A stretch of DNA of 57,032 bases, counting the filler, from Sphacelaria rigidula (Eukaryota): the NCBI GenBank assembly GCA_964200075.2. It is 5 parts of 5 records of this genome, joined end to end, with 100 filler letters (N's around TTAATTAATTAA, not from the genome) between each part and the next. Parts side by side here need not be neighbours in the genome. Positions count along the whole stretch, not along the records: positions 34,282 to 45,607 come from CAXNAA020005058.1; positions 45,708 to 57,032 come from CAXNAA020005059.1; 3 more parts are not named here. One strand, 5' to 3'. The position numbers and the translations under genes are program-made. Positions 37,411 to 47,885 of this stretch are shown here, piece after piece. How positions within the stretch are numbered: the first letter of the stretch is position 1; the number at the start of each line of letters is the position of its first letter. The notes below the pieces were generated by a model. It saw nothing but the letters and a program-made list of their open reading frames with translations. It made no database searches and was not told where the DNA came from.

Positions 37411-37968
37411 GATTTTTGAAAGGCTCTCATTGGAGTTGGTCAAAGGACCATTATCGACGGGCTTTATTTTTCATCCATTTCCATCCATAGATAGATGAAA
37501 AGTATAAAATCAAGGATGAAAATGGATGAAGAGTATGAATTTATGGATGAATGGTATGAAAAACATAGCCCTTTAAAAACGGCCTTAACTGAAGCGGATT
37601 GATGTTATTTCTCACGTATATCGGGTACACGACGCCGAACAGCATACGAGACAAAGGACGTCCAGAGCGCTCCCGAATCTCAATCACACAGGCTACAGCG
37701 GCGATGGACGATGTGTTACTGTGGGTGTAACAGCAAAAGGGTAGTCACCGCAGATGCAAACCATTGAGATCATGGAGGCAGCGCACCAAAAATACCACCC
37801 GCTTCCCTCCCACCTTCGCTAGATTAATTAGACTCAAGTCGAGCAAAATGGCAACCTCGCCACATTGTGACCTCTTCTACAAAAAACAGTGAAGTACACG
37901 GGAAAGCATAAGCAGAAACGGCCACAAACACCGAACTATACTGTTTGTGTGGCCGAGAGCCTCACCCG

Positions 37969-39549
37969 TTACAAAAAACTCGCGATGCTGCGGAAAATGT
38001 AGTCTTGCTCCAGCAACACGACCGACGCCTCCACACTATCGCAAAGGCAGCCGAGAGAGTGCGCCTGCGCTTCCGTCTTCCTTTCCATATCATGCCCGCC
38101 TGTGGTTGCGCCACCGTAACCACGGTTGTTGCTGTTTGCTTCCATGCTCTCATCCGACGTCTTACTGTCGCGCCTATCTGGCGTATCATGTGTTTTCTCC
38201 GCAGTCGTTTCTTTACCGCTGTACACGGAAGCACCACTGTCGGTACTGAGCTTGATTGGGGCTTCTTCAGGGAATGCTCGACATAACACCAGCATTCCAC
38301 GCCGCCGCCAGGCTCGGGACATCGCCGCGGTGGCCAGCAGCCAGTGCACGCGCTCCATATCGTCTGCCCTTAGCTGTCGCAGCCTCTCCGGGATATCCCT
38401 TCCGACCGCGCGTTTCACCGACCGCCCACTCTTGTCGACGACAGTTTCGTCCGCGCCCCATCTCAACAGCATTTCCACCGCGTCAATGTTCAAGAATCTG
38501 CATGCGACAGTAAGCGGCCGCCAACCCCAGGAAGTGGGCGCGTCCACGTCCGCTCCGTGCTGCAGGAGTACCCGCATCGCGTCGCAGGCGCCGCTCTGGG
38601 CGGCGCCATAGAGGGGCGTCGATCCCGCCGCGCTGTCGCGCACTTCGATATCGGCTCCGGCCTCGAGCAAAACCCTGACCACGTCGGTGCTGTTGTTGAA
38701 CGCTGCGGTGTGCAAAACAGTCATGCCGTTCGGATGACGGGCATTGGCATCAGCCCCGTGAAAAATGAACATCCTCAATAGGTCCACTTCTCCCAGAGAC
38801 GCCGCGACATCCAGCGGTGACAGCTCGTACGGTCCGTACCGCGAGGTCGCGTCAGCTCCAGCCAACAGCAACATCTTGGCGGCCGCGGTATGGCCGTTCA
38901 GAACTGCGTGGTGCAGCGGCGACCGCTGCGTGCGGTCCTTGGCGTTCGCATCGGCTCCCTTGAGCAACAGCGAGGAAACGACAAGTTCGTGTCCGCGAGC
39001 CGCTGCGATGTGAAGAGGCGTTTCGCCATCATGGTCCCTGACATTCGCCCCAGCTCCTCCCATAAGGAGATTACCCACGGATCCCTCGTGGTTCCCCGCG
39101 CAGGCATGGTGCAACGGACTTCGTCCGTCGACGTCAACACAGTCTGCATCCGCACCCGCCCGTACCAAAACAGTGCAACATTGCCTGTGTCCCGCGGCTG
39201 CGGCGTGATGAAGCGCGGACCACTTTCTCCTTCCACCTCCGACGTTGAGGTCCTTTCCCCCGGCTCCTGCCGCAAGTAAGGCCGTTACGACCTCAGTATT
39301 GCCGCCCTTGGCCGCCGTACAAAGAAGCGTTCGGCCGTGACAGCCCTCCAACCCGGCCTCGGCGTTGGCACCTGCGCTCAGCAGGTGGTTCACGAGCTTC
39401 GAGTCGCCGGCGGCCGCTGCGTGCTCGAGAGGTGCCCGGAGCCAGTTCGCCCACTGAGCCGGGGTGGCCCTTTCGCGGACGTGACTGAAGATCGCTTCCT
39501 CGAATCCCTTCAGAACCTCACGCTCCCTGTACCTAACTTTGGTCGCCAT
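37969..39549 (-). CDS. Intronless ankyrin-repeat protein, 526 aa, about 10 ANK repeats
   Basis: Single open ORF with a good start context (GGCACCATGG). Repeated ~33-aa units such as DGETPLHIAAARGHELVVSSLLLKGADANAKD, NGMTVLHTAAFNNSTDVVRVLLEAGADIEVRD and GSTPLYGAAQSGACDAMRVLLQHGADVDA. Followed by a RAWRRRGMLVLCR motif and a C-terminal LLEQDYIFRSIASFL. Confidence 0.95.
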   Translation of the reverse strand: MATKVRYREREVLKGFEEAIFSHVRERATPAQWANWLRAPLEHAAAAGDSKLVNHLLSAGANAEAGLEGCHGRTLLCTAAKGGNTEVVTALLAAGAGGKDLNVGGGRRKWSALHHAAAAGHRQCCTVLVRAGADADCVDVDGRSPLHHACAGNHEGSVGNLLMGGAGANVRDHDGETPLHIAAARGHELVVSSLLLKGADANAKDRTQRSPLHHAVLNGHTAAAKMLLLAGADATSRYGPYELSPLDVAASLGEVDLLRMFIFHGADANARHPNGMTVLHTAAFNNSTDVVRVLLEAGADIEVRDSAAGSTPLYGAAQSGACDAMRVLLQHGADVDAPTSWGWRPLTVACRFLNIDAVEMLLRWGADETVVDKSGRSVKRAVGRDIPERLRQLRADDMERVHWLLATAAMSRAWRRRGMLVLCRAFPEEAPIKLSTDSGASVYSGKETTAEKTHDTPDRRDSKTSDESMEANSNNRGYGGATTGGHDMERKTEAQAHSLGCLCDSVEASVVLLEQDYIFRSIASFL

Positions 39550-39831
39550 GGTGCCGTCCTCGGCCGTACTGTTGTTTCGCCCGTACTGCTTGTGCTCTAC
39601 ACCGCCCGGTGCGCTCCAACGGTTTTACGTTTGGTCTTGTGGTCCCAACAACGGTGTGGAATGTAAATCGTTTTCCCGCTCCAAGTGCAGGAGACCCGAA
39701 TCGCTAGTGATTCTCTGAGGCATAGGTGAACAGCAGGGGGGTTGGGAAAAGGAGGCGCGGGTATGACATACGCTCATGGGCGGGGGAAGAGGATTGACGG
39801 TGAGGTATCGCACGTAAAGAGGGGGATTTAA

Positions 39832-40344
39832 CACTTAGACGGCAAGAGTAGGTCACCTGTTGAATCGGCATCAATTTCACTTGGAAAATGTATCTATGAT
39901 TCGGGTGGACTACCCTCGCGGTTTGACCCTTAGACCGCGAGGTTAGTCTGCTGTTGAATCGGCATCAATTTCAAGTGAAAAAAAGTATGCATGATCCAGA
40001 AAGACTAATCTCGCGGTCTAAGGGTTAAGGCGAGAATACGACTCTCTGACCGCCCGAGGTGTCCATTTCTCGGGATCGTTTTCACTTGAAAGATGACTAA
40101 AAATAATGCCGACTCCACAAATGGAAAACTCCGGCGGTCAAAGGTCAAAGGGTTGAATCCTACAACTGAATCATGCATATATTTCTCAGGTGAAATTGAT
40201 GCCTTTTCAACCAACGATCTACTGTCTCTCACCGTCAAAGGGTCAACCCTTCGACAGCGAGAGTAGGTACTCCGTTGGATCGACTTCAATTTCACTTGAA
40301 GAAAGAATGTATGATCCAGATGGGCTACCCTCGCGATCGAAGGG
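39832..40344. mobile_element. Cluster of ~98-bp piggyBac-like mini-elements (clearest units 39927-40024 and 40247-40344; another copy at ~40806-40900)
   Basis: Units have CCC...GGG termini with a ~22-bp TIR (CCCTTAGACCGCGAG.TTAGTC), sit between TTAA/TTGA/TCAA tetramers, and share the core CTGTTGAATCGGCATCAATTTCACTTGAAAAATGTATGATCCAGA. Confidence 0.65.
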
Positions 40345-43300
40345 TTGACGTTCAGAACATCGAGAAAAACATGCATTGGCTCGAAAGGTGAAAATTCATT
40401 GATTGCTGGTGCTGGCGCTGCTCGTGCTGGCGCTGCTGCATGCATGCAGTCCACACCCGCGGTTACAACGCGTACGCCCCCCCGCCCAGCGGCTTCACGA
40501 ACTTATCTCCACTTGATGAATCTTGTGGCTCTTTACCCGTTTGAAATGGCATCCAGATAATGGTGTCATGGGGTTATCTGGAAGTCTGCATTTGCGCGAG
40601 TGTCTTCCGGTGGCGTCAACGAGAGTTGGCCTGGAGGGTGTACTGCGAATATTAGCGTAATTGCAGGATATCGCATATCATGAGCACACTCGACAACAGT
40701 CAGTTTGTTGATATACCCGGGCAGGTCGGTACGGGGTATGTTGTATGTTTTCATTAGAGGTACGTATCTCAAACTCAAGGCTCCCGGCATATTTGACAGT
40801 AAATTACCCTTTGGCAGCGGGAGAAGATCATCTGTTGAACCGGCATCAATTTCACTTGAAAAATATATGATCCAGATGGACTGGCCCTCGCGGTAAAAGG
40901 ATCAAATATACGAATACACCGGGAACATTGAGTTTGAGATACTGCACTATTCAAAATGTACCACGTTTCGCAGTCTGCGCACAGCCAGTGACACAGCACC
41001 GCCAGTTGCACAACAACTCCATTTTTCGTAAAAAGGTACTTCGAAAACAGCCAGTAGGGTGATGTCAACTTGTAATGTAAATGCAGTCTGTCTGGAACAT
41101 GCAGACGATTCGTAGCGTACTATAGCTGGGACAAGTCTCGTCTGGGAACCGCGGCTTCCACGAAGATCTCGTGGATTGATTGGGAAAAAAAGAGCTAACC
41201 CTCTCTGACACGGCAGGGGACATGTTGGAACACCTGCGGCAGGGTCCAAACATGAAGGTCATTGCAGACGACACCTGTACTGTTGTAGTGATCGGAGTAG
41301 TCAAAAGTTTTTGCCTTGTATGATCACGTTGTCCTGCAGATTGCTCATCAGTGGATATCTCAATTTCTTACAGCGAGGTCGTACTTGAGGGAGACAGCGC
41401 CCTTTCACGCAGTCATTTGTCACCTTGCTCCACATCTGGTTATAATCATGACCGAACACACACGGGGATCACTAAGTATACAGAGGACCGGGTTAGACCG
41501 TGCACGTCGAGATTGGCACAAGCCACACATCACACAACCAACCGTATGATACACGCACGAACCGATGAAAAATCGATGTGAGATGCAGCAGTGCAGCGAC
41601 ATCAAGATATACTCTACGTGCTAGGGCTGCCCCGAAATGGCTGCCCCGATAAAGTACCAATGCATAGCGAGGGCGTACGTTGTTTCCGCATACCGCAGCA
41701 GTAGCTGTGCACATCCTGTTATGATGAAATGGTGAACACACCTTGAACTGCTGTTGCTACTAGTGCAGAGAGGGGTACACCTATGCTGCATCGACCTGCT
41801 GGGCTTCCGCTCACCTGGTGAAACGGTCAGGAGGTCTTATTCACTAATATCCATACAAATTTATAAAAACGCAGTATCCACTTTTTGACGCAGATAGGCT
41901 CGCTATGTCGAAGCCACTTAACGTCAGATCTCTAATGGGTAATCCAAGACACTCTGAGTCCGTTTCACGGTCGAACACTAAGCACAACCCATCCAGCAGG
42001 CATGAAGCAAAAGGTCCGCACCAGAGGCTGTTAAAACTGGCTCGATTCGCCGGATCTACCGATCAGTTCCCCCGAAAGATGGTCTACAATTTTCAACGTA
42101 GAAAAGCCTACGAGTACCAACTTTACGAGTACCAACTTTCATGATGGCTCAATCCTTTCAGATGGACTATAGCAAGGCAGAGCTAACTAAAGGACGAGCT
42201 GTCGCACACAGCAATTGCGAACATAACACTCGGGTCGATATCGAGAGCAAGTCGACCATCGACATTAGATTTATCCAAGATATCGCGCCCTTTCGTTTCC
42301 TTATTAGGACATTCCATTTACCCATAATTATTTGCGGCATCGTCCGTTACATTACTCTGTACTGTTGTTGTACTCAATCGTCAATCTTCATGGCGACTGA
42401 GTGCAGTCCAGCACCCCATCTCACCTGGTACGACGTTTATCGTGGAAATTCGTTGTCTTCAATCGTAAAGAAAAAATCGAAAGTATGGCAGCAGTAGGAA
42501 TGACAGCAACGACCAATCTCGACTCCTCACCGTCCTATGATACTGTTGTGCTGACGAACTATCCACAACCGCCTGATAGCCTCTACCATTTATACCGGTT
42601 CAGTCCAGATTGCATGGCGTTACTCCTTGGTGCTTCAGGTCATGATTTATTTGTTCGCTCAAAATGTCATGATTTGAATCATCCATAACAAAGAAAAAAT
42701 ACATTTCTTCGTCCGATAAACACGGTTCACAAGCAGCTGCAGCTGGGCTAGTGCCACAAGGTGTGGGCACAATCACGGACAGGTAGATATACAAGCATGG
42801 TGAATTTTTCTGTTGCCCTCCAATTGGTATTCAATTCCAGGGTCTCTTGAACTCTGCGCCCCCCCCAACCCATTTTCTGTCTTCTGTATGTCCTCTAATT
42901 GAAAGGCTACAGTCTACTTTAGTACTACTGTTTGTACACACCTACAATACTACTACTGCACTCTATATTTTATATTCAACATGCACGTGACCGAGGCGTG
43001 TGGAGCGGCAACGTGTATCGCGGCAAGGCCCCGCTCGCTGTCAAAGTACCCGCTGGTTCAGACAGTCATGAACACGTTCTTCTCGTTAACCGTCGTTTAC
43101 TCCACCGCTCCCGCTTTGTGTGGGCACAATGACGAAGGTGTATTGAGATTCTCAATGCGAGTACATCAGCTTTGAACCTCCATGTCTGTAGGCAGCAGTT
43201 CTCACACCAGGTCGGACTGTTTCCACAAATGTCTAGAGAACAGTGAACAGTGTCGACCGCCAGCCCTCCCTGTAAGAACATTGACTGTGTGCGAGAGATA

Positions 43301-45607
43301 CGATACGGTTTTGGGTGGGTGTTTACTGTGGAACCTCTGCAATACACCGCATTGCAACATAATAATGGTGTTGTGCTTCCGTGCGGTTGTAAGCCTTCTA
43401 TCCGAGAGTTCGAGCTGGAGTGAAGATGGATGACAGACGGGAACATTTGCGCGATTTTGGTCGACCACGAGTATACGTGACATTCGTTGTAACGGTACAG
43501 GTATATAGAAAAGATACGCCCACTTCCCCTGCAGGCGAGATGCCAGAGACGATGCCTTGATCCACCACCCGGATATGAAGAATATGCTGTTTAGTTGAAA
43601 AATATTGGACGTATGCCAAAGATCAGGGACCACGATCCACAGGACAGGTTATGTTATCACAGGGGGGTGGTGTTTCCAAACCAAGGAGAAACTGAGCTAT
43701 GTTATGGCGTCGCCGCCAACGCGACCGAACGTCGACGGGTAAAACTGTTCCGAGGCGGCCCCCGTCGGTAGTTCACTTGAGTCACAATGTTGTACTACTA
43801 CAGTACCTGTATATTTTTCTAGAGCGATTGATGTCTCCCGCAGTTGAACAGACGCTAAACAAGCCGCAGCACTCGAGGGGGAGATATACTATTGGGTAGC
43901 ACTGGGTGACGGCTATTATTCAACAACTGGTTTACTGTAGGATGCGACGGCACTTCCAGTTATCATTTCACGGCCAGGGTGGGTCATGTCTTGAGTAGGT
44001 ACCGTTCCCATTGAAGAGTAATTGTGATAGTCAGATCGTCCACTCTGGCGATCAAAAAAGGTTTGCTCCTGTTTTGAAAATATCTCTACATTATCGACCG
44101 TACATGGCGTCTCGAAAGATGAAAAGGGTACGAAAATCACTGCTGTTGAATAGCTAAACAAGCACGATGCTACATTTATTCATGTTCCAGCGGTGCTGCG
44201 ATACAGAGTACTCGCGGGGGGGCCCACATTGGGAAATAACGCCCCCCGCCCAAGGTGGCCGGAACCTCATTCTGTAGGGTTGGATACTGAACCAGGACGT
44301 ACTGCCAGTTCTTAGGCACTGGCCAGTTCCTGAGAACTGGCGAACGGGCATCCAGTGCCGCCAGTACATACACAACTCACGTCCCACAATACGCCTCCTT
44401 AGTCAGCGGAAACCCATTCAAATTACGCCGCCACGCCGCCTCAAAAGAGAAGACACACAACACACACACGACAAAGCACACGCAGCACATAGCAGGAGAC
44501 CATTAGAACGATGCAAAGGTTTTTCACGTCTGGCAGTCCGCCGGTAGCAGACCCCGGCGGTGTTGATACACGTTTAGTGCTGCTGTGTCTTTCGTTTTGT
44601 TCGTGAGAGAGGCTGTCCTGTCACCAATGATGAAGGGTGCTCACGCCTTGTGTCGTCAACGGCTACTATAGACCTGCTCTCTTCATTTTTTATTCCGAAG
44701 TCCGAAGTACCGTGTACTTGTTCAGACTAAAGACACAACATACGCTCCAATCGCAACAAATAGTGTGTAAGCTTCACCCCGATGCTGGAGTTGATGAGCA
44801 TCCCAACATTTGTGGCACATTTATTATCTTCTATTTTCACATTTCCCTTGAGTTGAAGACAATTAATTTGGGCGTTGTACTTGGCGTTGTCTCCAGAAAT
44901 GGTGCCTCTTGGAGTTGGTCAAAAACCACTCAGTCTTTAGGCTCTGGTGAAGCCAAATCGCGTAAAAAAGCGCCTCCGGCGGGGTACCTCCAGTGCCACC
45001 CCCCCGACTGGTGAGGGGCCCCCACTGGTCGCGGCGCAGCAGCGACCACGCGGCTTCGCGGCGCCACCAGTGTACTGATTGGATCCGGTATACTAACTGC
45101 TAGGTACTCCCCTGATCGATGGATGATGGCGATAGTAGTTGCTGTACTGCACCGCACGCGCATGTCGGCAGCGTTCGCCTGCGCAGGGCATACCGAAACG
45201 GTAGGTGGTAGGGGTACGTCGGAGACAAGTAGAAAATATGTGCGCAGAGGCAGGGAGTGGCGAACAAGCGAGGCGGCGAATCGGGTGCTCTACCCCCTAC
45301 AACACCATTATTGGCAACACTAGCTTTGCAAAATTTTGGAAATAAACCGGCCCAAGGTTAAACTCAAGTAGATTTCATTGGGAACTGCCACTACCTCAAT
45401 GTTGGATATTCCTTTTGGCCACACCACGTCCACAGCATTTCCCTTTGTAACGTTTTCCTGTCTCGTGTCGCAGTGCAGTATGATGGTGACATGTAAATAT
45501 ACGCGTTGTATGAAGACGGTTGTCTGCCCAAACGCGGGCAAAGTGCGTGTTGTGTTGTTGTTGTTGTCTTCACATTAAAAGCCGTTCCGATATCTGCGCG
45601 GTACATT

Positions 45608-45707
45608 NNNNNNNNNNNNNNNNNNNNNNNNNNNNNNNNNNNNNNNNNNNNTTAATTAATTAANNNNNNNNNNNNNNNNNNNNNNNNNNNNNNNNNNNNN
45701 NNNNNNN
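45608..45707. other. Artificial linker N44-TTAATTAATTAA-N44
   Basis: Identical 100-nt linker. Confidence 0.98.
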
Positions 45708-45974
45708 CACTTGCGTGTGCTTACAGCTACACGTCGATATCCTACCCAGGGATATCAAGGGCCTCAGTGGCCAGCTATTATTGAAGAAAGCATGTTGGGC
45801 CTCGTGGAAGTGCATTTCGGACCTGAAACGATACATTCACTGATGATGGACCGCTTTTCACTCTCAATCGTATCATCTACTCTCAATCTCACGAAAACAC
45901 CGTTTCCGGTCAACTCCCACGACCTCCTCCTGTGTCTTGCTTTCAGTCTTCATTGTTTGCCATCGTAAGCAAGG

Positions 45975-47380
45975 TCAAGGTGGCGCACTAGAAACACATT
46001 AAAAAAATTCCTGTGTGACCCCGGCTGGTGCGCCCACATATACAATATATACCGAAAGGTGTAGATCGGAGCCATGCTTTGGTTGAAGTTCACGTTTTTA
46101 GCGAAAATGCTTCTCGGGGTGTTGGACGAGTCACTCTGAAAATCGGCATCATTTTATGTTGAACAGGATTGAAAATGATGCCGATTCATGAAACGCCCCC
46201 TGCGTACATTTCAATGTCCGGTCCCCGGATATTTCGATTGCACAGTAAGCGATAAAAAATAAAGGCAAGTACCGCAGAAGGTGGGGTACTAAAAACAATG
46301 AAAAAAAAACCTCCTGTGTGACACCAGCTGGTGCGCCCACATATATATACCGAATGTGTAGATCGGAGCCATGCCATGATGATAGAAGTTCACGTTTTTG
46401 GCGAAAATGCTTCTCGGGGTGTTGGACGGGTCACTTTGAGAATCGGCATCATTTTATCTTGAGAAAGAATGAAAATGATGCCGATTCAAGAACGTTCCCT
46501 GCGTACATTTCAATGTCCGGTCCCCGGATATTTCGATTGCACAGTAAGCGATAAAAAATAAAGGCAAGCACCGCAGAAGGAAGGTGGCGAACTAAAAACA
46601 AATTAAAAAAAAACTCCTGTGTGACCCCGGCTGGTGCGTCCACATATATCTATTATACCAAAAGGTGTACACCGGAGCCATGCTATGATACAAGTTTACT
46701 TTTTTGGCGAAAATGTCTCTCGGGATGTTGGACGGGTCACGTTGAGAATCGGCATCATTTTATCTTGAGAAGGACTGAAAATGATGCCGATTCACGAAAT
46801 TTCCCCTGCGTACATTTTCAATGTCCGGTCCCCGGATATTTCGATTGCACAGTGAGCGATAAAAAATAAAGGCAAGCACCGCATAAGGAAGATGGCATAC
46901 TAGAAAATATTTTAAAAAGAACAAGCTCCTGTGTGACCCCGGCTGGTGCGCCCACATATATATACCGAAAGGTGTACACCGGAGCCATGCCATGGCAGAA
47001 GTTCACCTTGTTGGCGAAAATGTTTCTCGGGGTGTTGGACGGGTCACTTTGAGAATCGACATCAGTTTATCTTGAAAAACACTGTAGATGATGCCGATTC
47101 ACGTCTTCTTGACCTTGTGTATTTGTTGGCATCAAGTTTTTTTTGCGATGAACGTCTGCCCCTCACACCATGCCCAACAGTGGGGAGCGAACATGTCGTA
47201 AGTACACAAAAATCGACCACGAGGGAAACGGACTGCTGCTGAACCCTTCTCGCGATAAAAAATGAAGGCAAGGGCTGCAGTGAGAACTAATAAAAAAAAA
47301 ACAAGCTTCTGTGTGACCCCGGCTGGTGCGCGCACATATATACACTATTATATATATACCGAAAGGTGTAGACCGGAGCG
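45975..47380 (-). mobile_element. Head-to-tail tandem array of ~303-bp Helentron/HINE (DINE-1-type)-like units
   Basis: Anchor CTGTGTGACCCCGGCTGGTGCGCCCACATATA at ~46010, 46313, 46616, 46928 and 47308 (periods 303, 303, 312, 380). On the minus strand units run from TTTTTAGT(T/G)CGCCACC to GTGGGCGCACCAGCCGGGGTCACACAGGAG(CTTG)TTTT, with T-tract junctions. The tandem repeat is certain; the TE class is inferred. Confidence 0.7.
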
Positions 47381-47579
47381 ATTGCAATGATTCACATTGC
47401 TTTTTCGTGAGTTACATACATAGTGGAAGTGTGAGACCGGTTGTTTCGCGAGGGTTTTGGCGTGTGCTTTTACGTTTCCGTCTTTACTTTCTTCGATTGT
47501 TTGCGAGCAGTTTTTTCCAGGAAAAACGTTTTTCCCATCAGACTTTTTTCTCGCAGTGGGTTTCAGCCCATGTGGTCCG

Positions 47580-47885
47580 TCGTAGCCACCGTATATATAG
47601 TCGGGTACTTTTTCCTGTCCTGAAAAGTACAGCTTTTTTCGTCAAATGTCGTATACGTTGGATCGGATTTCAACCGACTGTTGTACATAGAGATTTTGCT
47701 CCTTCGTAAGTAAATCATCAACTTCTGCAAAATCGTAGCCTCGGTATTTGTAGTCGTGTACTTTTTACTGTACTGAAAAGTATAGCTTTTTTCGTTAAAT
47801 GTCGTATATGTTGGATCAGATTCTAACCGACTGTTGTACATGGAGATTTCGCTCTTTCGTGAGCAAATTATCAACTTCTGTACAA
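47580..47885. repeat. ~176-bp-period tandem duplication
   Basis: CTGAAAAGTA.AGCTTTTTTCGT.AAATGTCGTATA.GTTGGATC...CCGACTGTTGTACAT.GAGATTT...ATCAACTTCTG occurs twice. Confidence 0.85.

Noticed and set aside
33794..39549. Ankyrin gene nested antisense inside a PUF60-like intron
   Set aside because: A linker separates them, and no downstream PUF60 exon (expected to begin with something like VGRP) was found after 34281.
33878..45905. Inverted repeat copies (33878-34181 and 45747-45905) appearing to bracket the ankyrin gene as a composite transposon
   Set aside because: The copies lie in different stitched segments across artificial linkers; they are most simply members of an abundant family.
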